A DNA stretch of 64,000 nt from Dehalococcoidia bacterium (lineage in GTDB: Bacteria > Chloroflexota > Dehalococcoidia > UBA2979), in assembly GCA_965262725.1 (NCBI GenBank), contig OZ253555.1, positions 3,008,001 through 3,072,000 of the forward strand, written 5' to 3'. A program made the position numbers and the translations under genes. Each line of letters starts with the position of its first letter. Position 1 is the stretch's first letter. A model generated the notes under the pieces. The model saw nothing but the letters and a program-made list of their open reading frames with translations. It did no database searches and was not told the DNA's origin. Below are positions 22,093 through 31,562 of the stretch, one piece after another.

Positions 22093-23058
22093 GTGCGCGC
22101 GCGCATCGGCTCCGGTGGGAGACTCAGCGGCTACACGTTGCTGACGATCGCGACCGCCGCGTCAACGCTGGCCCTGATCGCGATCGGAGGCGTGGTCCGC
22201 ACCACCGAGTCCGGCCTCGGCTGCCCGGACTGGCCGCTCTGCCACGGGGGGCTGCTGCCGCCGCTCGAGCGGGCGGCAATCATCGAGTACACCCACCGCA
22301 CCGCCGCCTCCGTCGTCGGGTTGCTCATCCTCTCGGTCGCGGCCTGGACGCTGTGGCGGCACCGCGCCGACCGCGCGCTCGCGGGTCTCGCCCTCGCCTC
22401 TCTCCCCCTGCTCGCGGTGCAGGCATGGCTCGGCAAGGAGGCCGTGGAGCGAGAGCTCCCCGCCGTGGTCGTGACGCTCCACCTCGCGACCGGCCTCCTG
22501 CTCTTCGCGGTGGTCACGCTGCAGGCGGCGCTCGCGTGGCTCGGCCCCGGACGCCGTCGCATCCGCGAGCCCGAGCGCGCGCACTTCCTGCGCGTCGTGG
22601 CCTGGGCTTCCGCGGTCACCTTGATCGTCCTGATCGCCGGCTCCTACCTCGTCGGCGAGGGCGGCGGCCCTGCCTGCACGGGCTGGCCCGGGTGCCCGGA
22701 AGCGCCGATCCCCTTCCTCGACGGGAGTCGGCTGCACGACGCGCACTGGCTCCACCGCGTCACGGTCCTTATCGGCGGAGTCGCCGTCGCCGCGGTGGCG
22801 TGGTCCGCCGCGGGACTTGCCCGCGTCGGCGACGCGCTCCGGCTCGCCGCGGCGTCGCTGGTCGTGCTCTACCTCGCGCAGGTGGTTCTCGGCGCCGCGA
22901 ACATATGGACCGACCACTCCGCCGCGGTGCGCACCGCGCACCTCGCGCTCGCCGCAGCGCTCTGGGGGCTGCTCGTGACGATGGCCGTGGCCGGGCGCTT
23001 CGAGGCGACGGTGCCCGCGGAGGAGCGGCCGCCAGAGGCCGGGGGCTCCGGTGTCTAG
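22093..23058 (+). CDS. ctaA: Heme A synthase (COX15/CtaA)
   Basis: GGVVRTTESGLGCPDWPLC, EYTHR, HWLHR, AHL. Confidence 0.92.
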   Translation: MRARIGSGGRLSGYTLLTIATAASTLALIAIGGVVRTTESGLGCPDWPLCHGGLLPPLERAAIIEYTHRTAASVVGLLILSVAAWTLWRHRADRALAGLALASLPLLAVQAWLGKEAVERELPAVVVTLHLATGLLLFAVVTLQAALAWLGPGRRRIREPERAHFLRVVAWASAVTLIVLIAGSYLVGEGGGPACTGWPGCPEAPIPFLDGSRLHDAHWLHRVTVLIGGVAVAAVAWSAAGLARVGDALRLAAASLVVLYLAQVVLGAANIWTDHSAAVRTAHLALAAALWGLLVTMAVAGRFEATVPAEERPPEAGGSGV

Positions 23059-24010
23059 GCCACGCGCGGCGGCGGGTGCCCACGGCGCAGCCGCGGCGGA
23101 GCCGGAGGACCCCACTCCCCGCGCCGCGGGTCGGGCCTCGGGGCTCGGAGCGGTGGCACGCTCCTACGTCGAGCTCACCAAGCCGAGGATCATCTGGCTG
23201 CTCCTGATCACGACCGTGCCGGCGATGGTGATCGCGGCGGGGGGATGGCCGGACACCGCCCTCGTCGCGAGCACGCTCCTCGGCGGCATGCTCGCGGCCG
23301 GGGGCGCGAACGCCATCAACCAGTACGCCGACCGCGACATCGACCGGCTGATGCGCCGCACGAGCGGCCGTCCGCTCGTTCGCGGCACGGTGTCGCCCGG
23401 GCAGGCGGCCGCCTTCGGGCTCGTGCTCTCGGTGATCTCGGTCGCGTGGCTCGCCGCGACGGTGAACGCGCTGGCGGCGGCGCTGGCAGCGGCGGCGATC
23501 GCGTTCTACGTCGGCGCCTACACCTACTATCTGAAGCGGACGACGACGCAGAACATCGTGATCGGCGGGGCGGCCGGCGCGGCGCCGCCCGTCATCGGCT
23601 GGGCCGCCGTGACAGGCAGCATCGAAGTCGAGGCGGCTCTCCTCTTCCTCGTCGTCTTCTACTGGACGCCGCCCCACTTCTGGGCGCTCTCGCTCCTCCT
23701 CGCCGACGACTACGAGCGGGCCGGTGTGCCGATGCTCCCGGTAGTGAAGGGGGAGGCGGAGACGAAGCGCCAGATCGTGCTCTACACGCTGCTGCTCATC
23801 CCGCTGACGCTCATCTTCGGCGCCGTTGCCGAGCTGCGCTGGATCTACTTCGCGACGGCGGCGGCGGGCGGCGCCGCCTTCATCTGGTTCGCGCTCGCGC
23901 TGAGGCGGCTGCCCGGCATCGAGGGTGCGCGCGGTCTCTTCCGCTTCTCCGTGATCTACCTCGCGCTGCTCTTCGCCTCGATGGCGGCGGATCAGCTGCT
24001 GCTGGACTAG
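23051..24010 (+). CDS. ctaB: Protoheme IX farnesyltransferase (heme O synthase)
   Basis: LTKPRI, NQYADRDIDRLMRRTSGRPL, LKR, WTPPHFWAL, DYERAGVPMLP. Confidence 0.96.
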   Translation: MSRPRAAAGAHGAAAAEPEDPTPRAAGRASGLGAVARSYVELTKPRIIWLLLITTVPAMVIAAGGWPDTALVASTLLGGMLAAGGANAINQYADRDIDRLMRRTSGRPLVRGTVSPGQAAAFGLVLSVISVAWLAATVNALAAALAAAAIAFYVGAYTYYLKRTTTQNIVIGGAAGAAPPVIGWAAVTGSIEVEAALLFLVVFYWTPPHFWALSLLLADDYERAGVPMLPVVKGEAETKRQIVLYTLLLIPLTLIFGAVAELRWIYFATAAAGGAAFIWFALALRRLPGIEGARGLFRFSVIYLALLFASMAADQLLLD

Positions 24011-24071
24011 GGTGTCGTGTTACCCCGTCGGCCGCCCGGACGCTCGGGCGCCGCGACGACCGTAACCCGTT

Positions 24072-24836
24072 CTATCCCAGCTGTTCCCGGATCCACGCGG
24101 CCGTGACCGAGGCGACCTCCGATAGTGCACCCGACCTTGTCCTGTCACTCCCTATCGGTGGGTCATAGGAGTGGTCAGCACCGTCTATCACGTGAAGGGT
24201 TGCCCGATCGTCCAGTGCCGCGAGGGCAGGCCGAAGCTCCGTCAGGTCGGTGAACTCTTCGTCACGTCCACCCTGGACGAACAGCATGGGCACCGGCACC
24301 CGCCGGAGATGATCCACGGGGTCATCCAACAGGATGCGCCATCGCATGGGGAAGACGTACAACACGGCGCCCCGGACCTCCGGCCAGCTCTCACGCGTCA
24401 GGGCCAGCGAGATGACTTGGCTGCTCATCGAGCGTCCCCCGAGGAACAACGGAAGCCCCAGCGAGAGAGCCGCCGCGGCATCCTTGGCTGAGCTTGTTGT
24501 AGCGAGGAGAACGTCGAGGGAGTCAATGACGACAGAGGAGGAGTCGATCATTCCCTGGCTGTACGGATAGTTGTACCGGAAGGTCGCGATCCGCTGATCG
24601 GCGAGCGCGTCAGCCAGCTGCACCATGATGGGCGTGTATATCGGGGTTCCCGAGCCGTGACCCAACACCATCAGGGCCACGGCGTCTTCCGGCTTCAGAA
24701 GGACGGTAGCGACCTCCGGACCCCCGGGAGTCAGGAGCAGCGTGCTCTCGGTGACCTCGGCGTCAGCCAATCTCGCTGCGCCCGTTCTCGCGCGAGCGCG
24801 TACTGACCGTCGATCGAACAGACTGCACCGCGCCAC
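24072..24836 (-). CDS. Alpha/beta hydrolase (dienelactone-hydrolase-like, Abhydrolase_11 type); start uncertain (probably near 24756)
   Basis: LGHGSG, FRYNYPY, GGRSMS, VQGGRD, DGADHS; visibly lower GC than its neighbours. Confidence 0.75.
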   Translation of the reverse strand: MARCSLFDRRSVRARARTGAARLADAEVTESTLLLTPGGPEVATVLLKPEDAVALMVLGHGSGTPIYTPIMVQLADALADQRIATFRYNYPYSQGMIDSSSVVIDSLDVLLATTSSAKDAAAALSLGLPLFLGGRSMSSQVISLALTRESWPEVRGAVLYVFPMRWRILLDDPVDHLRRVPVPMLFVQGGRDEEFTDLTELRPALAALDDRATLHVIDGADHSYDPPIGSDRTRSGALSEVASVTAAWIREQLG

Positions 24837-25020
24837 CGTTTGCCCGCGCGCTCCTCGGTTGGGCGAGCCGCCCGCATCGGCTGTGGTATCTCCGGGACCG
24901 CTCCCCCTCCTCCCCTCGCCAGCGCTTCACGGGTGGTCCCTTATGTCGCTCTGTCCCACGCTCGCCAGCGAACTGCCGACGGCGCACCGCGAGGCCGCTG
25001 ACGACGGAGCCACTTCCCGC

Positions 25021-25782
25021 CTAGTCGGGCGGCCGTGCCCGGCCCGAGGCGCTCTCGCCCGGCACCCGCTGCGCCCACGCCCCGTGATGGCGCTCGGCCC
25101 ACGAGCGCCGCACGCGGCCGCGTGTGATCCCCCGCATCGACTCGCGCGTCTCAGGGTTGAGGACCGCCATATAGAGGTGGCCAAGGATGAGCGGAAGCAG
25201 CAGCAGCGAGAGGACGGTATGCCAGCGGAAGACGACGGCCACCAGGTCGGCGTCGATGACCTCCTTGCTCCAGAAGTTCACGCCGAGTGCGACCCCGGTC
25301 CCGAGGAGCAGCAGGACGGCGACCGTCGAGAGCGCGGCGTTGATCTTCTGGCCGGCGTTGAACTTGCCCACGCGCGGTCCGATGGAGCGCAGCCCCGCGA
25401 CGCGAAGCGCCCGGTGCTGCAGCCAGAGATAGTCGTCAAGACGAACCACGAAGAGATCCCGCGCATCGCGGCGTGCGGGCCGGCGCGAGAAGAGGGTCAG
25501 CGCCCCGGGTACGAGCGCGACCACGAAGCCGAGGCCTAGCAGTACGTGCAGCCACGCCAAGAGCCGCGCGCCTCCGAGATGGAGCGCCTTCGCCTCCGGC
25601 CAGAAGTTCGTAAGCCCCGTCAGCATCAGCAGCAGCACGGGGATCGCAATCAGCCAGTGGAGCGCCCGGGTGGAGGGGCCGAAGCGCTCGAGGAACTCGG
25701 GCGTCGCGCCTCCGCCCGGGGCGCCGGCCCCGGCGCCGGCGGCATCCGCAGCCGGAGGAGTCAGCCGCTCGCGCGAATCCAC
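25021..25782 (-). CDS. Di-heme cytochrome b membrane protein (FdnI/Ni-hydrogenase CytB family)
   Basis: RALHW, WLHV, GKFNAGQK, WHT, GHLYMA, MRGITRGRVRRSWAERHHGAW. Confidence 0.85.
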   Translation of the reverse strand: MDSRERLTPPAADAAGAGAGAPGGGATPEFLERFGPSTRALHWLIAIPVLLLMLTGLTNFWPEAKALHLGGARLLAWLHVLLGLGFVVALVPGALTLFSRRPARRDARDLFVVRLDDYLWLQHRALRVAGLRSIGPRVGKFNAGQKINAALSTVAVLLLLGTGVALGVNFWSKEVIDADLVAVVFRWHTVLSLLLLPLILGHLYMAVLNPETRESMRGITRGRVRRSWAERHHGAWAQRVPGESASGRARPPD

Positions 25783-26423
25783 GCGTCCACCCGCCAGCCC
25801 CTCTGCTGCCAGTAGCCGAGATCCTGCCGGTCACGGAACTCGACACGCGTCAGCCACTTCGGCCCCTTGTAGCCGAACATGCGCGGCATCACGAGCCGTG
25901 CCGGGGCGCCGCGTACCCGCGAGAGGGGGGCGTCGTCCAGATCGTAGGCGATCAGCACCCCCGGGAGTCGCGCCTGTGCGATGGAGAGCGAATCCCTGTA
26001 GACGCCGCCCAGGGAATGGAACGTGACGTAGCGGGCGTCCGGCAGCGGCTCCACCAGCTCCGCGAGGCTCTGGAAGCGCACGCCGTCCCACTGCACGTCC
26101 GGCACCCTCCAGCCCTCGACGCAGTGGAAGTCCGAGACCTGCCGCACGGGCGGCAGGGCGCGCAGCGCCTCATATTCGAGGCTCAGCGGCCGGGCGACCA
26201 GCCCGTCCACAACAAGGCGGTAGGTCGCCGGGTCGAAGACAGGCCGCCGGTCCTCGACGGTGTTCTCCCGCCAGCCGTCGACGAGGCCGAAGACGCGCGT
26301 CGAGAGGGCGCCGACGGCGGCTCCACCCGCGAGCAGGGCGAGGAAGCGGGCGCGGGGGAGCAGGCGCCGGGCGCGTCCCGCGCCCTGCTCGTCGTCCCCG
26401 GAGCGCCGTGGCTCGTTGCTCAT
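25761..26423 (-). CDS. Molybdopterin-dependent oxidoreductase, sulfite-oxidase family (YuiH/MsrP-like)
   Basis: DFHCVEGW, WDGV, GAPARLVMPRMFGYKGPKWL, GYWQQRGW; Tat-like N-terminus. Confidence 0.88.
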   Translation of the reverse strand: MSNEPRRSGDDEQGAGRARRLLPRARFLALLAGGAAVGALSTRVFGLVDGWRENTVEDRRPVFDPATYRLVVDGLVARPLSLEYEALRALPPVRQVSDFHCVEGWRVPDVQWDGVRFQSLAELVEPLPDARYVTFHSLGGVYRDSLSIAQARLPGVLIAYDLDDAPLSRVRGAPARLVMPRMFGYKGPKWLTRVEFRDRQDLGYWQQRGWRVDAWIRASG

Positions 26424-26525
26424 CTCATCCCGCGTCCGCGCATAGACGGCCCGTCGCAGTCAGTGTAGGGCACGCGAACGAGCGGATCGTGAGGCTTCGT
26501 TCACCGACACCGACGCGCCGCAGGG

Positions 26526-27326
26526 CTAGCCCTCGATCACCAGCAGCCGCAGGCGCATCGAGCCGCCGGGTGCCGTCACGGTGACCTCGTCGCCGACGGT
26601 GTGGTTGGCGACGGCGAAGCCGACGGGCGATTCGACCGAGATCCGCCCTTTGGTCGGGTCGACCTGCGAGGGGCTCACGAGGTGGAAGACCTGCTCTACG
26701 TCGCGCTCCATGTTGAGCACGCGCACCGTGGATCCGACGTGGGCACGCCCGCCCTTCGCCTCGGCGTCGATCACAACCGCGTGGCGGAGCCGGTTCTCGA
26801 TCTCCCGGATGCGCGCCTCTAAGTGCGCCTGGGAGTCGCGCGCCGCGTCGAGGGGGGCGTTCTCGCGGAAGTCCTTGTCGGCCATCGCGGCGCGCAGCTC
26901 CTCGGCGATGCGCGGACGCTCGTCCTTCAGCTTCTTGAGCTCCTCCTCGAGCGCCTGGATGCCCTCGAAGGTCATGTAGAAGGCCTCGCCGCCGAGTTCC
27001 TCTATGGCACCGCGCCCGCCGCGCGCACCGCCCCCGAACTCCCCGAGGTGCGGCACGAGGTTCTCGGCCGTGAAGGCGAGTCGCGAGGCGTACGCGAGGA
27101 ATCCGCGGATCGGCTCCGCGTGATCGGCGTCGTGCTCCAGCGCCTCGGCATGGGTGGCCGCGTACTGCTCCACCTCCTCGCCGGTGATCTCGCCTATGGG
27201 GCGCTCCTCGCCGCCGAGCTCCTCGATGAAGCGATCGAGGGCCGGACGCTCGGCACGCGCCTTCTCGGGCTCCAAGCTGTTCAGATAGTGGGCGCTCGCG
27301 TCTCCAGCAGTCATCAACCCCGCCAT
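26526..27326 (-). CDS. greA: Transcription elongation factor GreA with an ~110-aa N-terminal extension
   Basis: MTFEGIQALEEEL, DFRENAP, GRISVESPVG, APGG; GGAGG RBS before the ATG at 27326. Confidence 0.9.
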   Translation of the reverse strand: MAGLMTAGDASAHYLNSLEPEKARAERPALDRFIEELGGEERPIGEITGEEVEQYAATHAEALEHDADHAEPIRGFLAYASRLAFTAENLVPHLGEFGGGARGGRGAIEELGGEAFYMTFEGIQALEEELKKLKDERPRIAEELRAAMADKDFRENAPLDAARDSQAHLEARIREIENRLRHAVVIDAEAKGGRAHVGSTVRVLNMERDVEQVFHLVSPSQVDPTKGRISVESPVGFAVANHTVGDEVTVTAPGGSMRLRLLVIEG

Positions 27327-27500
27327 GAGGCGGCCTCCGCTCCAGCGCGGCGGGCCGCGCCGCGTGCTGTTCGTGTGATGGGCGGACCAGCGGCCGCCCC
27401 AGCCGCCGGTCGGAGCCGCTCCCCGCCATGCCGACTGACGCCGCGCGAGTCCAGAGTAGCTCTCCCCAGTGTAGGAGAACGCGCGCGTACGATACCAACC

Positions 27501-28349
27501 ATGAGCGGACTCCACAGCGCTCCCGAAGCCACGAGCGCGGACCGCACCCCGGATGACCCGGCGGCGGGCGACGACACAAGCCGGGCGGCCGCGTGGCTCG
27601 CCTCGGAGAGTGAGCGGCTCGGCCTCGCCCTCGACCGCCGGACGCACAACCAATTGGCGTCGTACCGCACCCTCATCGCGGCCGGCGCCGCGCGCGCCGG
27701 GCTCACCTCCGTGCGCGACCCCCTCGGGATCGCGCGCCGCCACCTGGGCGAATCGCTCGCGCTGCTCGCGGCGCTCCGCGAGGCGAAACTCCTTTCGGCG
27801 GGACGCGCCGCGCGGGTCGTCGATATTGGAAGCGGAGCGGGCCTCCCAGGAATCGCGATGCGAATCGCCGACCCTCAGATTCGACTCACGCTCGTCGAAT
27901 CGCACGGGCGGCGGTGTACCTTCCTGCGGGAGACCTGCGCGGCGCTCGGCATGGAGGACGTGCGAATCGTGTGTGCGCGGGCCGAGGACGCCGGGCACGA
28001 TGCCGACCTGCGCGGGAGCTTCGACCTCGCGGTGGCCCGGGCGGTCGCGCCGCTTGCCGTGCTCCTCGAGTACGCGCTGCCGCTCCTGGCGCCGGGAGCC
28101 CTGCTCGCGGCGCCGAAAGGGAGCCGCGCGGAGGAGGAGCTCGAGGCCGCGCGTCCGGCCATCCGCGCACTCGAAGGCGAGGCGCTCACGCCGCTCGCGC
28201 TGCCGCTCCCGCCCGACGCGCCGCCCCAGCGCGTACTGCTGGTTCGGCGAGTCGGCGAGCTCCCGGCCGAACTCCCGCGCCGGCCGGGCGCCCCCTCGCG
28301 TCGCCCCCTCGGCATGCCCGGCCGCCGGCGCCGAACCGCTCCAGACTGA
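27501..28349 (+). CDS. rsmG: 16S rRNA m7G527 methyltransferase RsmG (GidB)
   Basis: LTSV, HLGESL, DIGSGAGLPG, RAE, ARAVA, PRRPGAP. Confidence 0.93.
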   Translation: MSGLHSAPEATSADRTPDDPAAGDDTSRAAAWLASESERLGLALDRRTHNQLASYRTLIAAGAARAGLTSVRDPLGIARRHLGESLALLAALREAKLLSAGRAARVVDIGSGAGLPGIAMRIADPQIRLTLVESHGRRCTFLRETCAALGMEDVRIVCARAEDAGHDADLRGSFDLAVARAVAPLAVLLEYALPLLAPGALLAAPKGSRAEEELEAARPAIRALEGEALTPLALPLPPDAPPQRVLLVRRVGELPAELPRRPGAPSRRPLGMPGRRRRTAPD

Positions 28350-28415
28350 GGCCCGCGCTCCGTGGGATAGAATCACGCAGCGGGCACTTCCCTCCCGCAG
28401 ACAGGGGGCGACGGG

Positions 28416-29039
28416 TTGCTCGCCACAACGATCTCCCGGGTCTGTCGGCTCGCCCGTTTCGACCTCCGCGTGCTCAGCGAGGTGCGTGACGATCCGAACG
28501 CGACAATCCCCGCCGTCGTCGTCGCAGCGGGCTCGGTGCTGCTGCTCGGCTTCGGCGGGTGGCTGTGGTGGGTCACGTCCGGGCTCGGCGACACGGGAGC
28601 CGTCTTCCTGAAGAGCACGCTCCTCGGGAGTGGCCTCGCCTTCGCCCTGTGGTTGGTGTGGCTGCTCGTCGCCTACTCGGTGCTCCAACGCGTCGCGTCC
28701 GTCACGGTCCCCACGGAGCGCCTCCTTCGCTGCGCCGGGTTCGCCACGATCCCCGCGGCGCTCGGCGTGCTGATGATCGTCCCCGCAGTCTCGTTCGGCG
28801 TGGGATTGTTCGCGATCGGGGCGTGGGCTCTGCTCACCCAGGTTGCGACCGAGCGGGCCGTGGGCATGGGCGGGGCCAGCGTGATCCTCGCGAACGCCGC
28901 CGGCTTCGCGGCGTGGGCGCTCGGGATGTCCCTGCTCTCGACTGGCAGCAATCAGCTCGGGGTGGGCCCGTTCCTCGCCGAGTCGATCTGGGAGGCACTC
29001 ACCGGCTTCGAGGCCGCGCGCTCGATCATCGCCGGGTAG
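28416..29039 (+). CDS. YIP1-like membrane protein
   Basis: EVRDDPNAT N-motif, 5-6 TMs, LLRCAGFA; TAGAAT -10-like box upstream. Confidence 0.7.
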   Translation: MLATTISRVCRLARFDLRVLSEVRDDPNATIPAVVVAAGSVLLLGFGGWLWWVTSGLGDTGAVFLKSTLLGSGLAFALWLVWLLVAYSVLQRVASVTVPTERLLRCAGFATIPAALGVLMIVPAVSFGVGLFAIGAWALLTQVATERAVGMGGASVILANAAGFAAWALGMSLLSTGSNQLGVGPFLAESIWEALTGFEAARSIIAG

Positions 29040-29117
29040 GCGTGTTCGGCGGACTGGCGATGGACCGAGCCCCTCGGCGCCGCCTACACTCGGCCCGAAC
29101 CCTCAGACGGTCGACGT

Positions 29118-29193
29118 GGGCCTGTAGCTCAGCTGGGAGAGCGCCACACTGGCAGTGTGGAGGTCAGGGGTTCGAGCCCCCTCAGGTCCACCA
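29118..29193 (+). tRNA. tRNA-Ala (anticodon GGC)
   Basis: 76-nt cloverleaf; acceptor GGGCCTG/CAGGTCC with G3:U70, anticodon arm CCACA-CTGGCAG-TGTGG, TTCGA T-loop, encoded CCA. Confidence 0.97.
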
Positions 29194-29241
29194 TATTTAG
29201 GTTCAAGTCCCAGCGTTGACCCCGCGCAACCGCCGTTAACC

Positions 29242-29264
29242 GGGTACATGTTGGGTACATTCAG
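29242..29264 (+). repeat. Tandem GGGTACA-N4-GGGTACATTCAG motif, copy 1 (possible integrase arm-type site)
   Basis: 21/23 identical to 39820..39842; lies 48 nt after the tRNA 3' end. Confidence 0.6.
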
Positions 29265-29519
29265 GCGAGCAGGTGGCCCGGCTCGCCCTCTGCAGCCGGG
29301 TTGCTGGACGCGCAGCAAGCGACCGCACATACCCACCGCGAGCACTGGTGATGCCCGAGCTCGTCGGGCACCCCGACGGTGTCCTCGTACGAGCAGCCTC
29401 GACGCGGTGCGGTGCGCTCGATTCCGTCGTCGCCGACGAGGAAGTCCACGAGTATGTGCGACTTCTTCGCTGCATCGTGTGCACCACCCCGTCGAGGGCT
29501 CGACATGGGGCGACAACTA

Positions 29520-29773
29520 CGGACCCTGACGCCGCCTTAGATGGCGGGAAGACCGTCCACGTGCACTGCTGGGGCGGCGTCGGGCGGACCGGCACCGTGA
29601 TAGCGTGCCGGCTCGTGCGGCACGGGAAAAGGGGAGACGCGGCGCTGGGCCAGATCGGCGAGTGGTGGCGGGGAGTGCGGAAGGCGCGTCGCCGGCCTCG
29701 ATCCCCGGAAACACCGGCGGAGCATGCGTGCGTCCGCGACTGCGCCGAGCCGCCGGGGGGAAGCGCCGCATGA
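29520..29773 (+). pseudogene. C-terminal remnant of a CX5R protein-tyrosine/dual-specificity phosphatase
   Basis: DAALDGGKTVHVHCWGGVGRTGTVIAC...SPET; upstream part of the ORF does not look like a phosphatase; ATGA overlap with the next gene. Confidence 0.7.
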
Positions 29774-31407
29774 GTGAGATCACCGCGCGGGACCGGTTCC
29801 GGGGCTGCCTGCTGGGCCTCGCGGCGGGTGACGCGCTCGGCACGACGCTGGAGTTCAAGCCGCCCGGCACCTTCGAGCCGATCGACGACATGGCCGGGGG
29901 CGGGCCGTTCAATCTGCAGCCCGGGCAGTGGACCGACGACACCTCGATGGCCCTCTGCCTCGCCACGAGCCTGATCGAGCAAGGCGGGTTCGACGCCACT
30001 GACCAGATGCAACGCTACGTGCGCTGGTGGCGGGAGGGCTACCTGTCCTCCACCGGACGCTGCTTCGACATCGGCACCACCGTGCGCGGTGCACTGTCAC
30101 GGTTCGAGCGGGACGGCAACCCGTACGCCGGTTCCACCGACCCGAACTCCGCCGGGAACGGTTCGCTGATGCGGCTGGCGCCCGTGCCGATGTACTTCTT
30201 GGCAGACCTCGAGGACGTCGTCGGCATGGCCGCCGACAGTTCCGAGACGACGCACGGAGCCCGGGAGGCAGTCGATGCCTGCCGCTACTTCGCCGCGCTG
30301 CTGTTCGACGCACTGCGCGGCGACGACAAGGAGACGTTCCTCTCCCCGAACTACTGGCCGATCTCGTGGTGGGAACCCGAACCGCTCGTGGAGAAGATCG
30401 CGCGCATCGCCGACGGGTCGTTCAAGGATCGCAACCCTCCGGACATCAAGGGCACGGGCTACGTCGTCGACGCGCTCGAGGCAGCCTTGTGGGCCTTCCA
30501 CCGTTCGCACGATTTCCGCGAAGGCGCCCTGCTCGCGGTGAACCTCGGCGACGACGCGGATACGACCGGCGCGATCTACGGGCAGATCGCGGGTGCCTAC
30601 TACGGGGTCGAGGCGATCCCGGACACGTGGCGGGATCGCCTGACGATGGTGGCTGAGATCACGTCGCTGGCCGACAGCCTCCATGACCATGCCCAGGAGC
30701 ACATGCCACCCGAGCTCCCGCCGCTCCGGGCCTCGAGCACCGAAGAGACAGTCACGGTTGCCGGCGTGCAGGCGCGCCGGGTCAGCGTCATCGTGTTGGG
30801 ACACACCGTGCAGCAGGCGCTGTTCTACGACATCGCCGAGGCGGAGGCCGCACACGGCCGACCGTTCGACGATGAACTGGACCGCGAGATCCAGATCACC
30901 ATGTTTGCCGTGGATCGCATTTGGATGGACGAAACGATGCATAAGGTCGCGTCCGCCACGAGCTACCCCATGGGTGGCATGTGCATACGGGCCGCAACCA
31001 TCAACGACTGCAACGAGATAGTGCCGGCCAGTGCCAGCTGGGTCGTCACCCGCGCCGATGGGACCGAGGTGGAGCGTGAACCCTGGAGTTGCGTCCCGGA
31101 CACACCCCCGATCTCGCATCTCGAACTGATCAAGGACCACGGCAAACTGGAATACGAGGGAGTTCCGGGCGCCGTACGCGCGATTCTTGAGTGGGAACTC
31201 CGCCTCGACAGGTACATCCTCGAGTGGCAGTCAGGGCTCATCCTTGGCCCGGCCGGCCATGGGCACGAGAGCACCATCACCGCGCTGCGCTACGTAACCA
31301 GGCGGAACGGCCAGCAGGTCCCGATCGATGATCAGGGTTGGGGACTTGCGAAGAACGGCCGGCGCGACCTGCGGTACAAGGGGCCGATTGGTCCTCCGCT
31401 CCCCTGA
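29770..31407 (+). CDS. ADP-ribosylglycohydrolase (DraG/ARH) fused to an unknown ~230-aa C-terminal domain
   Basis: GLAAGDALG, WTDDT, GNGSLMR, THG, GDDADTTGAIYGQIAGA. Confidence 0.9.
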   Translation: MSEITARDRFRGCLLGLAAGDALGTTLEFKPPGTFEPIDDMAGGGPFNLQPGQWTDDTSMALCLATSLIEQGGFDATDQMQRYVRWWREGYLSSTGRCFDIGTTVRGALSRFERDGNPYAGSTDPNSAGNGSLMRLAPVPMYFLADLEDVVGMAADSSETTHGAREAVDACRYFAALLFDALRGDDKETFLSPNYWPISWWEPEPLVEKIARIADGSFKDRNPPDIKGTGYVVDALEAALWAFHRSHDFREGALLAVNLGDDADTTGAIYGQIAGAYYGVEAIPDTWRDRLTMVAEITSLADSLHDHAQEHMPPELPPLRASSTEETVTVAGVQARRVSVIVLGHTVQQALFYDIAEAEAAHGRPFDDELDREIQITMFAVDRIWMDETMHKVASATSYPMGGMCIRAATINDCNEIVPASASWVVTRADGTEVEREPWSCVPDTPPISHLELIKDHGKLEYEGVPGAVRAILEWELRLDRYILEWQSGLILGPAGHGHESTITALRYVTRRNGQQVPIDDQGWGLAKNGRRDLRYKGPIGPPLP

Positions 31408-31562
31408 GCGAGCTCGCTCCTCCGCTCAGGACTACTGCGAGTGCGGCTGCCCGTGCCGTTGCACAGCGAGCAGTCCGCGTCGGCGGGTGCCTTCGGCATC
31501 AGCGGCGAGAACCCACCAGGTAGCGGAGGCGGGCGGCGCGGCGCTCGCTACACTCGGGGGCG

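Noticed and set aside
29170-29193. attR duplicate of the tRNA-Ala 3' end
   Set aside because: No second copy seen by eye in the window, so the island's right boundary is not defined.
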